A stretch of DNA of 64,000 nucleotides from Gulosibacter sp. 10 (GTDB lineage Bacteria; Actinomycetota; Actinomycetes; Actinomycetales; Microbacteriaceae), in NCBI RefSeq assembly GCF_900163695.1, contig NZ_FUIC01000027.1:30807-94806 (forward strand). The letters are read 5' to 3'. The stretch's first letter is position 1, and the number at the start of each line of letters is the position of its first letter. The notes beneath the pieces are model-generated. The model did not search any database. It saw only the letters and a list, made by a program, of their open reading frames with translations, and was not told where the DNA came from. Positions 7,593 through 17,596 of the stretch are shown here, piece after piece. The translations under genes were made by a program, and so were the position numbers.

Positions 7593-9917
7593 ATGACCAA
7601 TCTCTCCCGCAACGAAGCGCTCGAGCTCGCAGCAGCGGCCCTGCCCTCATTCGGCCTCGCGCCCGACTCCGCCGTCGAGTTCGTCAAGTACCGCGAGAAC
7701 GTCGTCTTCCGCGTCGTCGACGGCGAGGACGCCTATGCGATGCGCGTGCACCGGCTCGATCACCGCACCGAGGCGGAGGTGCGGACCGAGAACGCCTACA
7801 TGCAGCGGCTCGGCGAGGCCGGATTCCCGGTGTCGGAGGTGGTGCCGGCGATCGACGGCGAGCTCTTCGCGGTCGTGGGCGACGGCCGCGGGCGCGAGCA
7901 CCAGATCGACGTGCAGCGCTGGGTCGCGCAGTCCGCGCCCCTGGGCGACATCGCGGAGGCCTGGGAGGGGACCGCCGAGCACGACCCGGAGTTCTTCGCG
8001 GAGCTCGGCGAGCTGTGCGGCGGCTTCCACGCCGTCTCGGCCGAGCTCGGCCGCATCCCGGGCTACTCCCGCAAGCCGTGGGACCTCGACGGCCTCACGG
8101 GAGCGGAGCCGCTCTGGGGCGACCCGCGCCGATTCGCCAAGACCGAGGAGGACCGGGCCGTCATCGACACCGCGCTCGCGAACGTCAGGGCTGAGCTCGA
8201 GGCGCTGGGCACGGGGCCGGAGGCGTACGGCGTCATCCACTCGGACTTCACGCCGGAGAACGTGCTGCTCTCGCCCGGCGGGATGACCCTCATCGACTTC
8301 GACGACTTCGGGGAGGGCTGGTGGCTCTTCGACCTGGCCACGGTGCTGTTCTGGTACCACTGGCATCCGCGCGGCGAGGAGTTCGCCGAGGCGCTCATCG
8401 AGGGTTACGAGCGGCGCTTCCCGATCCCCGAGGCCGCCCGCGCCGCGCTCGGGGGCCTCGTGGTGGCCCGCGCCCTCACCTACTTCGGCTGGGCGGCGGA
8501 CCGCCCCGGCGATGAGACCAGCGAGTTCCACCGCATCGAGCAGTACCCCGCGGTGCTCGAGCTGTGCCGCGAATACAACGACCGCCGGGCGGGCGACCGC
8601 GCCGGCGAGAACGGAGCAACGATGATGACCGACAGCAGCAACGACGACCTCATCGAGCGCCGCAACCGGACGCTCGGCCCCTATTCGCCGCTGTTCTACC
8701 GCGAGCCGCGCCACTTCGTCGAGGGCGACGGCGTATGGCTCACCGACGTGCACGGCGAGCGCTACCTCGACGCCTACAACAACGTGCCGCATGTCGGGCA
8801 CGCGAACCGCCGGGTCGCCGACGCGGCCGCCGAGCAGCTGCGCACCTACAACGTCCACACCCGCTACCTCAGCGAGCCGGTGGTGCGATACGCCGAGGAG
8901 CTGCTCGCCACCTTCGAGTCGCCGCTGGACCGGGTGTACTTCACCAACACGGGCTCCGAGTCGAACGAGCTCGCCCTGCGCATCGCCCGCCACCGCACCG
9001 GCAGCAGCGGCATCATCGTCACCGACCACAGCTATCACGGCAACACCATCACCCTGGCCGCGCTCACCACCGGGCTCCAGGTCTCGGAGCCGCGGGGCGC
9101 GAACATCCGCACGATCCACGTGCCCGACGCCTATGAGGGCGACGAGGCGCAGCTGCTCGAGGCGGCGCTGCGCGAGGTCGACGAGGCGATCGATTCGCTC
9201 GTGGCCGAGGGCTTCGGGGTCTCGGCGCTGCTGATCGAGCCCGTGTTCTCCACCGAGGGGCTGCCGACGGTGCCCGAGGGCTACCTCGCCGGGCTCGTCG
9301 ACCGGGTGCGCGCCGCGGGCGGGCTCATCATCTCCGACGAGGTGCAGGCCGGGCTCGGGCGGCTCGGCGACGACTGGTGGGCGCACCAGGCGACGGGCTT
9401 CGTGCCCGACCTCGTGACGCTCGGCAAGCCGCTCGGCAACGGCTACCCGCTCGGCGGGGTCGTGACCACCGAGGCGCTGCTCGACGACTTCAGCTCGCAG
9501 AACGAGTACTTCAACACGTTCGCCGGCACCCCGGCGGCGGCCGAGGCCGGGCGCGCCGTGCTCGCCGAGATCCGCGACCGCGACCTCGTGAACCGCACCG
9601 GGGAGCTCGGCCGGCACGTGTCCGAGCGGCTGCAGGACCTCGTCGCCCGGCATCCGAACGCGGCCGCGGCCAAGGGCCGCGGGCTGTTCTTCGGCCTCGC
9701 GATCGTGGATGCGCAGGGCCGCCCGGACGGCGCGCTCGCGAAGGAGATCGTCGAGCGCCTCGTCGCCCGGCGCATCCTCATCAGCAAGATCGGCCCCGCC
9801 GACAACGTGCTGAAGATCCGCCCGCCGATGGTCATCGAGCGCGAGGAGCTCGACCTGATCCTCGACGCCCTCGACGAGGCGCTCGCCGAGATCGAGCGCT
9901 CCGCCGCGCGCTCATGA
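7593..9917 (+). CDS. fusion protein: aminoglycoside-phosphotransferase (APH)/hydroxylysine-kinase-like kinase domain + class III (AGXT2-like) PLP-dependent aminotransferase/phospho-lyase domain
   Basis: 774 aa from the ATG at 7593 (AAAGGA RBS). N-terminal half has APH-fold motifs (HSDFTPENVLL, IDFDD). C-terminal half has the class III aminotransferase fold (SGSESNELA, DEVQAGLGRLG, TLGKPLGNGYPLG with the Schiff-base Lys). Confidence 0.8.
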   Translation: MTNLSRNEALELAAAALPSFGLAPDSAVEFVKYRENVVFRVVDGEDAYAMRVHRLDHRTEAEVRTENAYMQRLGEAGFPVSEVVPAIDGELFAVVGDGRGREHQIDVQRWVAQSAPLGDIAEAWEGTAEHDPEFFAELGELCGGFHAVSAELGRIPGYSRKPWDLDGLTGAEPLWGDPRRFAKTEEDRAVIDTALANVRAELEALGTGPEAYGVIHSDFTPENVLLSPGGMTLIDFDDFGEGWWLFDLATVLFWYHWHPRGEEFAEALIEGYERRFPIPEAARAALGGLVVARALTYFGWAADRPGDETSEFHRIEQYPAVLELCREYNDRRAGDRAGENGATMMTDSSNDDLIERRNRTLGPYSPLFYREPRHFVEGDGVWLTDVHGERYLDAYNNVPHVGHANRRVADAAAEQLRTYNVHTRYLSEPVVRYAEELLATFESPLDRVYFTNTGSESNELALRIARHRTGSSGIIVTDHSYHGNTITLAALTTGLQVSEPRGANIRTIHVPDAYEGDEAQLLEAALREVDEAIDSLVAEGFGVSALLIEPVFSTEGLPTVPEGYLAGLVDRVRAAGGLIISDEVQAGLGRLGDDWWAHQATGFVPDLVTLGKPLGNGYPLGGVVTTEALLDDFSSQNEYFNTFAGTPAAAEAGRAVLAEIRDRDLVNRTGELGRHVSERLQDLVARHPNAAAAKGRGLFFGLAIVDAQGRPDGALAKEIVERLVARRILISKIGPADNVLKIRPPMVIEREELDLILDALDEALAEIERSAARS

Positions 9918-10537
9918 CTCCCTCGGCAGCCGGTCCCGGCACCGGCGGCGTGCCGCTGTCGCTGCGCGAGCGCCAGCTGCAGCGGACCCGCGAGGACCTC
10001 ATCCGCGCGACGATCGACGTCATCGCGGAGGTGGGGCTCGAGCAGGCGACCGTGCAGCGCATCACCGCGCGGGCCGGGACGTCGCGGGCGACGCTCTACG
10101 CGCATTTCCCCGATGGCCGGGACGACCTGTACGCCCAGGCGTACCGGGCGCTGGGGCGCGGGCTCATCCAGCGCTCGGAGCAGCTCGCGTCGGAGTGCGA
10201 GACGAGCGTGGACCGGCTGTGCGCCTACACGCAGGCGATGATCGAGCTCGCCGCGCAGCGGCAGCTCGGCCTGTTCTACAACGTCTCGGGGCCGCGGCTC
10301 GCGGGCATGAAGTTCCGCGGCAGCGGCTCGCAGCGGACGCTGGACGCCTTCATCGTGGAGCTGAAGGGGGCGCAGGAGCGCGGCGAGATCGCGGAGTCGC
10401 TCGACATCGAGGCCGTCTCGGCCCTGCTGGTCGGGGCCATCCGCGAGACCGGCATCGATACGGCGCGCAATCCGTCGGTCGCGCGCCGCTCCCTCGCGGC
10501 CTTCCGGCAGCTGATCGAGGCGCTCTGGAACCGATGA
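9914..10537 (+). CDS. TetR/AcrR family transcriptional regulator
   Basis: ATG at 9914 overlaps the stop of the fusion gene (ATGA). N-terminal HTH (LEQATVQRITARAGTSRATLYAHF). Confidence 0.8.
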   Translation: MTPSAAGPGTGGVPLSLRERQLQRTREDLIRATIDVIAEVGLEQATVQRITARAGTSRATLYAHFPDGRDDLYAQAYRALGRGLIQRSEQLASECETSVDRLCAYTQAMIELAAQRQLGLFYNVSGPRLAGMKFRGSGSQRTLDAFIVELKGAQERGEIAESLDIEAVSALLVGAIRETGIDTARNPSVARRSLAAFRQLIEALWNR

Positions 10538-10550
10538 GCCGGCCGCGGCG

Positions 10551-11090
10551 TCACAGCGCCGCCAGCGCGGCGACCGCGTCCCGGACGAGGGCGCGGTCGG
10601 GCGGAGCGGACTGCAGCGTGCGGTGGATCGTCCAGCCCTCGATGAGCGCGTCGATCGCCACGCGAGCCCGCTCGCCGAAGTGGGGCGCGAGCGACTCGTA
10701 GCTGCGCGCGATCAGCTCGGCGGCCATCGTCCCGACGGCCTCGTCGTGGCCCGCGTACGCGTACATCTCGTAGATCAGCTGCTGATCGCCGCGGTCCGCG
10801 ACCTCCGGGCCGCAGATGATCGTGGTCACCGCCTCGACGGCGCCCTCGCGGTCGAGCGTCTCGGGGAGCAGGGCGGCGTAGCGCGAGGCGAGGGTGTCGC
10901 CGAGCAGCGCGAAGGCGCGCTCCAGGATCTCCTGCAGATCGGCGAAGTGGTACGTGCACAGCCCCGGCGAGACGCCGGCCGCGGCGGCGATCTTCCGATG
11001 TGTGGTCTTGTGCACGCCCTCGGCGGCGATGACCTCGAGCGCGCCGTGCAGGATCGCGGTCGGGCCCTCCGGCTGGGGATTGGCGGGCAT
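10551..11090 (-). CDS. TetR/AcrR family transcriptional regulator
   Basis: 179 aa. HTH TTHRKIAAAAGVSPGLCTYHF. Divergent from the MFS gene at 11222. Confidence 0.8.
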   Translation of the reverse strand: MPANPQPEGPTAILHGALEVIAAEGVHKTTHRKIAAAAGVSPGLCTYHFADLQEILERAFALLGDTLASRYAALLPETLDREGAVEAVTTIICGPEVADRGDQQLIYEMYAYAGHDEAVGTMAAELIARSYESLAPHFGERARVAIDALIEGWTIHRTLQSAPPDRALVRDAVAALAAL

Positions 11091-11148
11091 CGTCCTCCTC
11101 GGGTGCGTCCTCCGCCGGCGGCGGAAGGGGTTCTCCCGAAGGGTAGTG

Positions 11149-11181
11149 CCTGTACAGTTGTCCAGGCTGTACTGACGTACA
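11149..11181. promoter_or_regulatory. candidate TetR operator: palindromes CTGTACAG and TGTAC-N4-GTACA in the divergent tetR/MFS intergenic region
   Basis: Self-complementary 8-mer at 11150-11157 and an inverted repeat at 11168-11181, seen directly. Position between divergent regulator and transporter genes is typical of TetR operators. Confidence 0.35.
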
Positions 11182-11221
11182 ACGCCTGTCCGGGCCGCGC
11201 CCCTCGACGATCGGAGCCGAT

Positions 11222-12385
11222 TTGGAGTTCACGCCGCACGTCCGCCGCAACGCCGTCTTCGCGCTGTTCATGATCCCCGGGCTCGCGCTGTCCACCTGGG
11301 TGACGCGCACGCCGGACATCCGGGATCTCGTCGGCGCGAGCACCGCGGAGATGGGGCTCATCCTGTTCGGGCTGTCGATCGGCTCCATGATCGGCGTGCT
11401 CTGCTCCGCGCCGCTCGTGCGACGGTTCGGGACGAGGTCGGTGATCGGCGCCGGGACGACGCTGGTCGTCGCCGGCCTGGCCGGCATCGGCCTCGCGGCG
11501 GCGCTCGCCTCGGGGCCGCTCGTCGCGGCTGCGCTGATGCTGTTCGGCCTGGGCATGGGCGGCGGCGAGGTCGCCATCAACGTGGAGGGCGCCGACGTCG
11601 AGCGGGCGCTCCGGCGGCCGGCCATGCCCGCGATGCATGGCATGTTCAGCGTGGCGGTCACCATCGGCGCCTCGCTCGGCATCCTCGGCAACGCGCTGCG
11701 GGTGCCCATCGCCGTGCACACGGCGGTGCTCGCCGCGGTGTCGGCGCTCGTGCTCGTCGCCGCGCTGCGCCGGGTGCCGCCGGGCACGGGGCGCGCCGGC
11801 CGGAACTCGATGCCAGGGGGCTCCCGCTCGCTCCTCCGGGAGCGCGCACTGCTGCTCATCGGCGTCGTGGTGCTCGCGATGGCCTTCACCGAGGGCGCCG
11901 CCAATGACTGGCTGCCGCTCATCCTCGTCGACGGCCACGGATTCAGCGCGACCGCCGGCGCCTTGGCCTACGCGGGGTTCGCAGCGGCGATGGCGATCGG
12001 GCGGTTCGCGGCAGGGCCCCTGCTGCGTCGGTTCAGCAGGGCCGCGGTGGTGCGCTCGAGCGCGCTCGCAGGCGCGGTCGGCCTCGTGCTGGTCATCTTC
12101 GCGGAGTGGCCGCCCGCGGTGCTGTTCGCCGTGCTGCTGTGGGGCCTTGGCGCCTCGGTCGGCTTCCCTGTCGCGATGTCCGCGGCGGGGGATTCCGGGC
12201 CGGACCCCACCGCCCGGGTGTCGCTCGTTGCGACGGTGGGCTACATCGCGTTCCTGGTCGGACCGCCGGCGCTGGGATTCCTGGGGGAGGCGTTCGGGCT
12301 GCGGCCGACGATGCTCGTGATCGTGGCGCTCCTCGGACTGGCCTTCCTCGCGGCCTCCGCGGTGGGGCGCGGGCGGAAGGATTGA
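11222..12385 (+). CDS. MFS transporter
   Basis: 387 aa, multi-helix hydrophobic protein. Divergent from a TetR gene. Confidence 0.8.
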   Translation: MEFTPHVRRNAVFALFMIPGLALSTWVTRTPDIRDLVGASTAEMGLILFGLSIGSMIGVLCSAPLVRRFGTRSVIGAGTTLVVAGLAGIGLAAALASGPLVAAALMLFGLGMGGGEVAINVEGADVERALRRPAMPAMHGMFSVAVTIGASLGILGNALRVPIAVHTAVLAAVSALVLVAALRRVPPGTGRAGRNSMPGGSRSLLRERALLLIGVVVLAMAFTEGAANDWLPLILVDGHGFSATAGALAYAGFAAAMAIGRFAAGPLLRRFSRAAVVRSSALAGAVGLVLVIFAEWPPAVLFAVLLWGLGASVGFPVAMSAAGDSGPDPTARVSLVATVGYIAFLVGPPALGFLGEAFGLRPTMLVIVALLGLAFLAASAVGRGRKD

Positions 12386-12400
12386 CCTCGGCCTCCCAGA

Positions 12401-12434
12401 GAGTTAGGGTCACCTTAGTTATTGGCCCTAACTC
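12401..12434. promoter_or_regulatory. 9-bp inverted repeat GAGTTAGGG-N16-CCCTAACTC immediately upstream of the tetR-irtA-irtB module
   Basis: Seen directly in the 58-bp gap between the MFS stop (12385) and the TetR start (12444). Weak (11/19) similarity to an IdeR box only. More consistent with a TetR-type operator. Confidence 0.35.
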
Positions 12435-12443
12435 GGGAGGCGC

Positions 12444-13142
12444 GTGGTGACGAACATCGGCGGGAGACCGCGTCGCATCGATCGGCGGGATATCCTCCGC
12501 GTCGGTCTCGGCATCGGACTCCGGGACCTCAGCCTCAACGCCGTGGCCTCAGCGCTCGGCGTCTCCGCGGCGGCGCTGTACCGGCACGTGGACGGGCGAT
12601 GGGGGCTCGAGCAGCTGGTGGGGGAGCACCTGCTCGCCGAGCTGCGCCTGCCCGACGACCCGGAGCGGGACGCGGCGGGGCACCTCGTCGACTTCGGGCT
12701 CGCGCTGCGCGAGTCCGTGCTCGGCCATCCCGGCCTCGCCGCGTACCTGCAGACGCTCTTCCCGCGCGGGGACGGCGGCCGGGCGCTGCTCGTCGCCGAG
12801 ATCGAGGCGCTCGGCCGCCGCGGCTACGCGCCGGCGACCGCGCTGGTGCTCGCGAGCGCCGTCGCCTCGCACACCATCGGCTACGCCGCCGGCGAGGAGA
12901 TCCAGCGGGATCGGGGCGCGGAGCTCGAGCAGCACCGCGATCGCGTGCTGTCCGGGATCATGGCCGACGAGCGGCTCCAGCTCGCGCACACCGACCTGCC
13001 GCAGGTCGACTCGGCGGGCTATTTCCGGCTCGTGCTCATGGCGGTGGTCGACGGGCTCGTGGCCGCCGCGCCGAAGGATCGATCCGTGCACGAGGTGGTG
13101 GCCGCGCTCGAGGCGCGCCACTGCCGAGAGGCGGTGCGCTGA
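12444..13142 (+). CDS. TetR-like transcriptional regulator
   Basis: GTG start preceded by [28 protein letters not shown]. Its stop overlaps the irtA-like start (ATGA at 13140-13144). Confidence 0.7.
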   Translation: MVTNIGGRPRRIDRRDILRVGLGIGLRDLSLNAVASALGVSAAALYRHVDGRWGLEQLVGEHLLAELRLPDDPERDAAGHLVDFGLALRESVLGHPGLAAYLQTLFPRGDGGRALLVAEIEALGRRGYAPATALVLASAVASHTIGYAAGEEIQRDRGAELEQHRDRVLSGIMADERLQLAHTDLPQVDSAGYFRLVLMAVVDGLVAAAPKDRSVHEVVAALEARHCREAVR

Positions 13143-15829
13143 TGGCGAAGCGGGGCTTCCAGGGCGCGATCATGCGCGGCTTCGGCGCCCGCGACCACAT
13201 CGCGGTCGTCACGGGCAGGGAGTACCTCGCCGAGCACTTCGTGCGCGTGCGCATGACCTCCGAGACGCTCTTCGACGAGGCGGTGACGGGGCCGGCGGCC
13301 TGGGCCCGCTTCTGGTTCCCCGACCCCGACGGGGGCGAGGCCGAGTACCAGCGCGGCTACACCTTCAGCGAGGCCGATGCGGCCACCGGCGAGTTCGCCG
13401 TCGACTTCGTCCTGCACGAGCCCGCCGGCCCGGCCTCGATCTGGGCCAGGACGGCCGAGCCGGGCTCGGCCGTGCCGGTGCAGGCCGTCGCGACCACCCG
13501 ATTCGACCTCCCGGCCGAGACGCCCGAGGGGTTCCTGCTCATCGGCGACTCCGCGTCGATCCCGGCCATCGGCGGGATCCTCGAGGCGCTGCCCCGAGAC
13601 GTCCCGGTCGAGGTGTACCTCGAGCAGCACGAGGACGCGGACGCGACGATCCCGCTGCCGCGGCATCCCCTCGCGCGCATCCACCGACTGCCGCGGGAGG
13701 GCGCCGACTCGCTGGCCCGCGGCATCGAGGCGCGCGACTGGTCCAACTGGTACGCCTGGATCACGCCGGAGTCCGGCTCCCTCAAGCACCTGCGCACCCG
13801 GCTCCGCGACGAGTTCGGGTTCCCGAAGTCGGAGATGCACCCCCAGGCGTACTGGATCGAGGGCCGCTCCATGGGGAAGATGCGCAACGAGGACGCCGCG
13901 GATGCGGTGCCCGCGGCCGCATCCGTGTCCGAAACCGCGACCGTTCCCGGCGTCGCCGCGGGGGCCGACGGCGCGCGATCGCCCGAGCCGCAGCCCGAGT
14001 CCCGGCCACAGCCCGAGCCCGCCGCCTCCGCGCCCAGGGGCGAGTGGCGGGCGAACGCGGCCGGGCGGCTGCTCGCGCCCCTGCGGATCACCTTCTGGCT
14101 CGCGGGGATCCTGCAGGGCATCGTCACGCTCGTCGAGCTCGCGCCCTTCGTCCTGCTCGTCGAGCTGTCGCGGCTGCTGCTCGAGGGCGCCGAGCCCGCG
14201 CGGCTCTGGACGGTGGGCCTGTGGGCGGCGGGGCTCATGGCCGCGGGCGCGCTGTGCTCGGCGGGGCTGCTCCTCTGGCTCCACGCGGTGGATGCGCGGC
14301 TCTCGAGGGACCTCCGCCGCCGACTGCTCGGCAAGACGGCCCGCCTGCCGCTCGGCTGGTTCGACGCGCGAGGATCGGGCGGGGTCAAGCAGCTCATGCA
14401 GGACGACACGCTGTCGCTGCACTACCTCGTGACCCACGCGGTGCCGGACGCCGTCGCCGCGGCGCTCGCGCCGATCGCCGTGCTGGTGTACCTCTTCGTC
14501 GTCGACTGGCGGCTCGCGCTCGTCCTGCTCGTGCCGGTGCTCGTCTACGTCGTGACGATGTACGGCATGATCGTGCGCAGCGGGACGCGGACGCGCCAGG
14601 CGGTGGCCTGGTCCGAGCGCATGAACGAGGAGGCCGGCGCGTACCTCGAGGGGCAACCCGTGGTCCGCGTCTTCGGCGGGGCCGCGGCCTCCGGCTTCCG
14701 AGCGGCGCTGGGGGAGTACATCCGCTTCCTCGACGCCTGGCAGCGGCCCTTCACCGGGCAGAAGACGGTCATGGACCTCGCGACCCGCCCGGCGACCTTC
14801 CTGCTGCTCATCCTCGGGGTCGGCGCCCTGCTCGTGACCGGCGGCTCGATGGATCCCATCGCGCTCCTGCCCTTCCTGTTCCTCGGGACCACCTTCGGCG
14901 CGCGGCTCCTCGGCATCGGCTACGGACTCTCGGGGCTTCGGGAGGGGCTGCTCGCGGCCAAGCGCATCCAGGTGGTTCTCGACGAGCCCGAGCTCGAGAC
15001 CCGTCCGGCGGAGGCGCCCGCGGCGAAGGGGCCCGTGGGCGAAACGGCCCCGGGGCTCGTGGAGTTCGAGGGCGTCGGATTCGCCTACCGCCCCGGGGCG
15101 CCGGTGCTGCAGGGCATCGATCTGCGGCTCGAGCCGGGCACCGTCACCGCGCTCGTCGGCCCGTCCGGCGCGGGCAAGTCCACCCTGGCCGCCCTCCTCG
15201 CGCGCTTCCACGACCCCGTCGACGGCGCCATCCGCGTCGGCGGCGCGGACCTCCGCGAGCTCGGCGCCGACGAGCTGTACTCCCGCGTGGGCTTCGTCTT
15301 CCAGCAGACGCAGCTCGTCCGCGGCACGGTGCGGGAGAACATCGCCCTCGCCGTCCCCGACGCCGACGACGACCGGGTGGTCGCGGCGGCGCGGGCCGCG
15401 AACATCCACGAGCGGATCCTGCGCCTCCCGGACGGGTACGAGACGGAGCTCGGCCCCGGAGCCGCGCTCTCCGGCGGCGAGCAGCAGCGGCTCACCATCG
15501 CCCGGGCGATCCTCGCCGACTCGCCGGTGCTCGTCCTCGACGAGGCGACCGCGTTCGCCGACCCCGAGTCCGAGCACCTCGTGCAGCAGGCGCTGAGCCG
15601 CCTCACCGCCGGTCGCACGGTGCTCGTCATCGCCCACCGGCTGCACACGATCACCCGCGTCGACCGGATCGCCGTGCTCGAGGAGGGGCGCCTCGTCGAA
15701 TCCGGGACGCACGACGAGCTGCTCCGGCGCGACGGCACCTACCGCAGACTCTGGCACGCCGGCGGCTACGAGGAGCGCCCCGCCCGGGCATCCGAGCCGG
15801 CGGCCACCGGGAAGGAGACCCGCGCATGA
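13142..15829 (+). CDS. irtA: IrtA-like siderophore importer subunit: N-terminal siderophore-interacting (FAD-binding, ViuB/SIP-like) domain fused to ABC exporter-fold transmembrane domain and ATPase
   Basis: 895 aa. N-terminal about 250 aa has the SIP/FAD-binding RxYT motif (QRGYTFSE). A six-helix TMD follows. C-terminal NBD has Walker [10 protein letters not shown], the LSGGEQQR signature and Walker B VLVLDEAT. Confidence 0.85.
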   Translation: MAKRGFQGAIMRGFGARDHIAVVTGREYLAEHFVRVRMTSETLFDEAVTGPAAWARFWFPDPDGGEAEYQRGYTFSEADAATGEFAVDFVLHEPAGPASIWARTAEPGSAVPVQAVATTRFDLPAETPEGFLLIGDSASIPAIGGILEALPRDVPVEVYLEQHEDADATIPLPRHPLARIHRLPREGADSLARGIEARDWSNWYAWITPESGSLKHLRTRLRDEFGFPKSEMHPQAYWIEGRSMGKMRNEDAADAVPAAASVSETATVPGVAAGADGARSPEPQPESRPQPEPAASAPRGEWRANAAGRLLAPLRITFWLAGILQGIVTLVELAPFVLLVELSRLLLEGAEPARLWTVGLWAAGLMAAGALCSAGLLLWLHAVDARLSRDLRRRLLGKTARLPLGWFDARGSGGVKQLMQDDTLSLHYLVTHAVPDAVAAALAPIAVLVYLFVVDWRLALVLLVPVLVYVVTMYGMIVRSGTRTRQAVAWSERMNEEAGAYLEGQPVVRVFGGAAASGFRAALGEYIRFLDAWQRPFTGQKTVMDLATRPATFLLLILGVGALLVTGGSMDPIALLPFLFLGTTFGARLLGIGYGLSGLREGLLAAKRIQVVLDEPELETRPAEAPAAKGPVGETAPGLVEFEGVGFAYRPGAPVLQGIDLRLEPGTVTALVGPSGAGKSTLAALLARFHDPVDGAIRVGGADLRELGADELYSRVGFVFQQTQLVRGTVRENIALAVPDADDDRVVAAARAANIHERILRLPDGYETELGPGAALSGGEQQRLTIARAILADSPVLVLDEATAFADPESEHLVQQALSRLTAGRTVLVIAHRLHTITRVDRIAVLEEGRLVESGTHDELLRRDGTYRRLWHAGGYEERPARASEPAATGKETRA

Positions 15830-17559
15830 TCCGGACGTTCCTCGACCTGCTGCCGAGCGGCAGCCGCGCGCGCCTCGCAGCGCACCTGGCACTGACCCTG
15901 CTGAGCGTCGCGCTGCGCGCCGCCGGCATCGTGCTCCTGGTGCCCGCCCTCGCCGCGCTGTTCGGCCCCGAGCCCGCAGGAGCCTGGCCGTGGATCGGCG
16001 CACTGGCGGCCGCGACCGTCGCGGGCTGGATCGTCGACTGGGTCGTGGCCCGCATCGGCTTCGACCTCGGCTTCGGACTCCTCGAGCACGGGCAGGCCGC
16101 CGTCGCGGAGCGCATCGCCCGAATCCGGCTCGGCTGGTTCGACGTCGAGCATGCGGCGGCCGCGCGACGCGCCGTGGCGGCCACCGGCCCGGAGCTCGTC
16201 GGGCTCATCGGCTATCTCGTGACCCCGCTGCTCAGCGCCGTGCTGCTGCCGATCGCGATCGGGGTCGCGCTCCTCCCGATCGCGTGGCCGCTGGGCGTCG
16301 CCGCGCTCATCGGCGCACCGCTCCTGCTCGGCGCCTTCTGGGCCTCCTCCGCCCTCGGCCGGCGGGCGGACGCCGAGGCGGCGGCGACGAACAGCGATCT
16401 CACCGAGCGGATCGTCGAATTCGCCAGGGTGCAGCAGGCGCTGCGGGCCTCGCGTCGGGTCGAGCCGGCGCGCAGCAGCGCGGGCGAGGCGCTCGCCCGC
16501 CAGCACGGGGCCGGCATGCGCCTGCTCCTGATGCAGGTGCCGGGGCAGATCGTCTTCAGCCTCGCGACGCAGCTCGCGCTGATCGTCCTGGCCGGCACGA
16601 CCGTGCTGCTCACCACCGGCGGAGCCGTGAGCATCCCCGAGGCGATCGCGCTCATCGTCGTGATCGTCCGCTACCTCGACCCGTTCCTCTCGCTGGGCGG
16701 GCTCGCCCCCGGCCTCGAGTCGGCCTCGCGCACGCTGCGCGACATCGGGCGCGTGCTCGACGCCGAGCCGGTGCGCGAGGGCGCCGAGCGCGTGCCGGCC
16801 GCCGACGCCCCCGCGATCGAGCTCCGGGGGGTCGGGTTCCACTACGGCGACCCGGCGCAGCCCGTGCTGGAAGGGCTCGACCTCCGGATCGAGGCGGGCA
16901 CGACCACCGCGATCGTCGGCCCCTCCGGCTCGGGCAAGAGCACCGTCCTGGCGCTCATCGCGGGCCTGCACGAGCCGACCTCGGGGCGGGTGCTGGTGGA
17001 GGGCGTCGACCTCGCCGCCCTCGATGCGGGCAGCCGCGCCGCGCTCATCACCATGGTCTTCCAGCAGCCCTTCCTCTTCGACGGCACGATCCGCGAGAAC
17101 GTGCTCGTCGGCGCCCCGGGCGCCCGGGAGGCCGCGCTCGAGCACGCCGCACGGCTCGCCCGCGTGGATGCGGTCGTCGCGGGCCTGCCCCGCGGCTGGG
17201 AGACGCGTACGGGCGAGGGTGGCGCATCGCTCTCCGGCGGGGAGCGGCAGCGCGTCTCCATCGCGCGGGCGCTGCTCAAGCCGGCGCCCGTCCTGCTCGT
17301 GGACGAGGCGACCAGCGCGCTCGACACCGAGAACGAGGCGGCCGTGGTGGCCGCGCTGGAGGAGGACCCCAGGCGCCGCACCCGGGTGATCGTCGCCCAC
17401 CGGCTCGAGAGCGTCCGGCGCGCGGACCGGGTCCTGTTCCTCGAGGAGGGCCGGATCGTGGAGGACGGGCCGGTGGAGGCGCTCCTGCGGGCGAGCGGTC
17501 GGTTCGCCGAGTTCTGGCGGCGGCAGGACGCGGCCTCGGGGTGGCGGATCCGCGACTAG
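15826..17559 (+). CDS. irtB: IrtB-like ABC transporter permease/ATP-binding subunit
   Basis: 577 aa. ATG overlaps the irtA-like stop (ATGA) and is preceded by GAAGGAG. TMD plus NBD ([28 protein letters not shown]). Confidence 0.85.
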   Translation: MIRTFLDLLPSGSRARLAAHLALTLLSVALRAAGIVLLVPALAALFGPEPAGAWPWIGALAAATVAGWIVDWVVARIGFDLGFGLLEHGQAAVAERIARIRLGWFDVEHAAAARRAVAATGPELVGLIGYLVTPLLSAVLLPIAIGVALLPIAWPLGVAALIGAPLLLGAFWASSALGRRADAEAAATNSDLTERIVEFARVQQALRASRRVEPARSSAGEALARQHGAGMRLLLMQVPGQIVFSLATQLALIVLAGTTVLLTTGGAVSIPEAIALIVVIVRYLDPFLSLGGLAPGLESASRTLRDIGRVLDAEPVREGAERVPAADAPAIELRGVGFHYGDPAQPVLEGLDLRIEAGTTTAIVGPSGSGKSTVLALIAGLHEPTSGRVLVEGVDLAALDAGSRAALITMVFQQPFLFDGTIRENVLVGAPGAREAALEHAARLARVDAVVAGLPRGWETRTGEGGASLSGGERQRVSIARALLKPAPVLLVDEATSALDTENEAAVVAALEEDPRRRTRVIVAHRLESVRRADRVLFLEEGRIVEDGPVEALLRASGRFAEFWRRQDAASGWRIRD

Positions 17560-17596
17560 GCCGTTCCTCCGTCCTTCCGCCGCGCCTCGGCGCCGC

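Noticed and set aside
7647-9653. 668-aa minus ORF antisense to the kinase-aminotransferase fusion
   Set aside because: No motifs, Arg/Glu/Gly-rich composition. The + frame carries complete APH and aminotransferase signatures.
13019-16003. 994-aa minus ORF (and 10276..11922, 10826..11938 minus ORFs)
   Set aside because: Antisense to the IrtA-like and TetR/MFS genes. Extreme Arg/Gly content.
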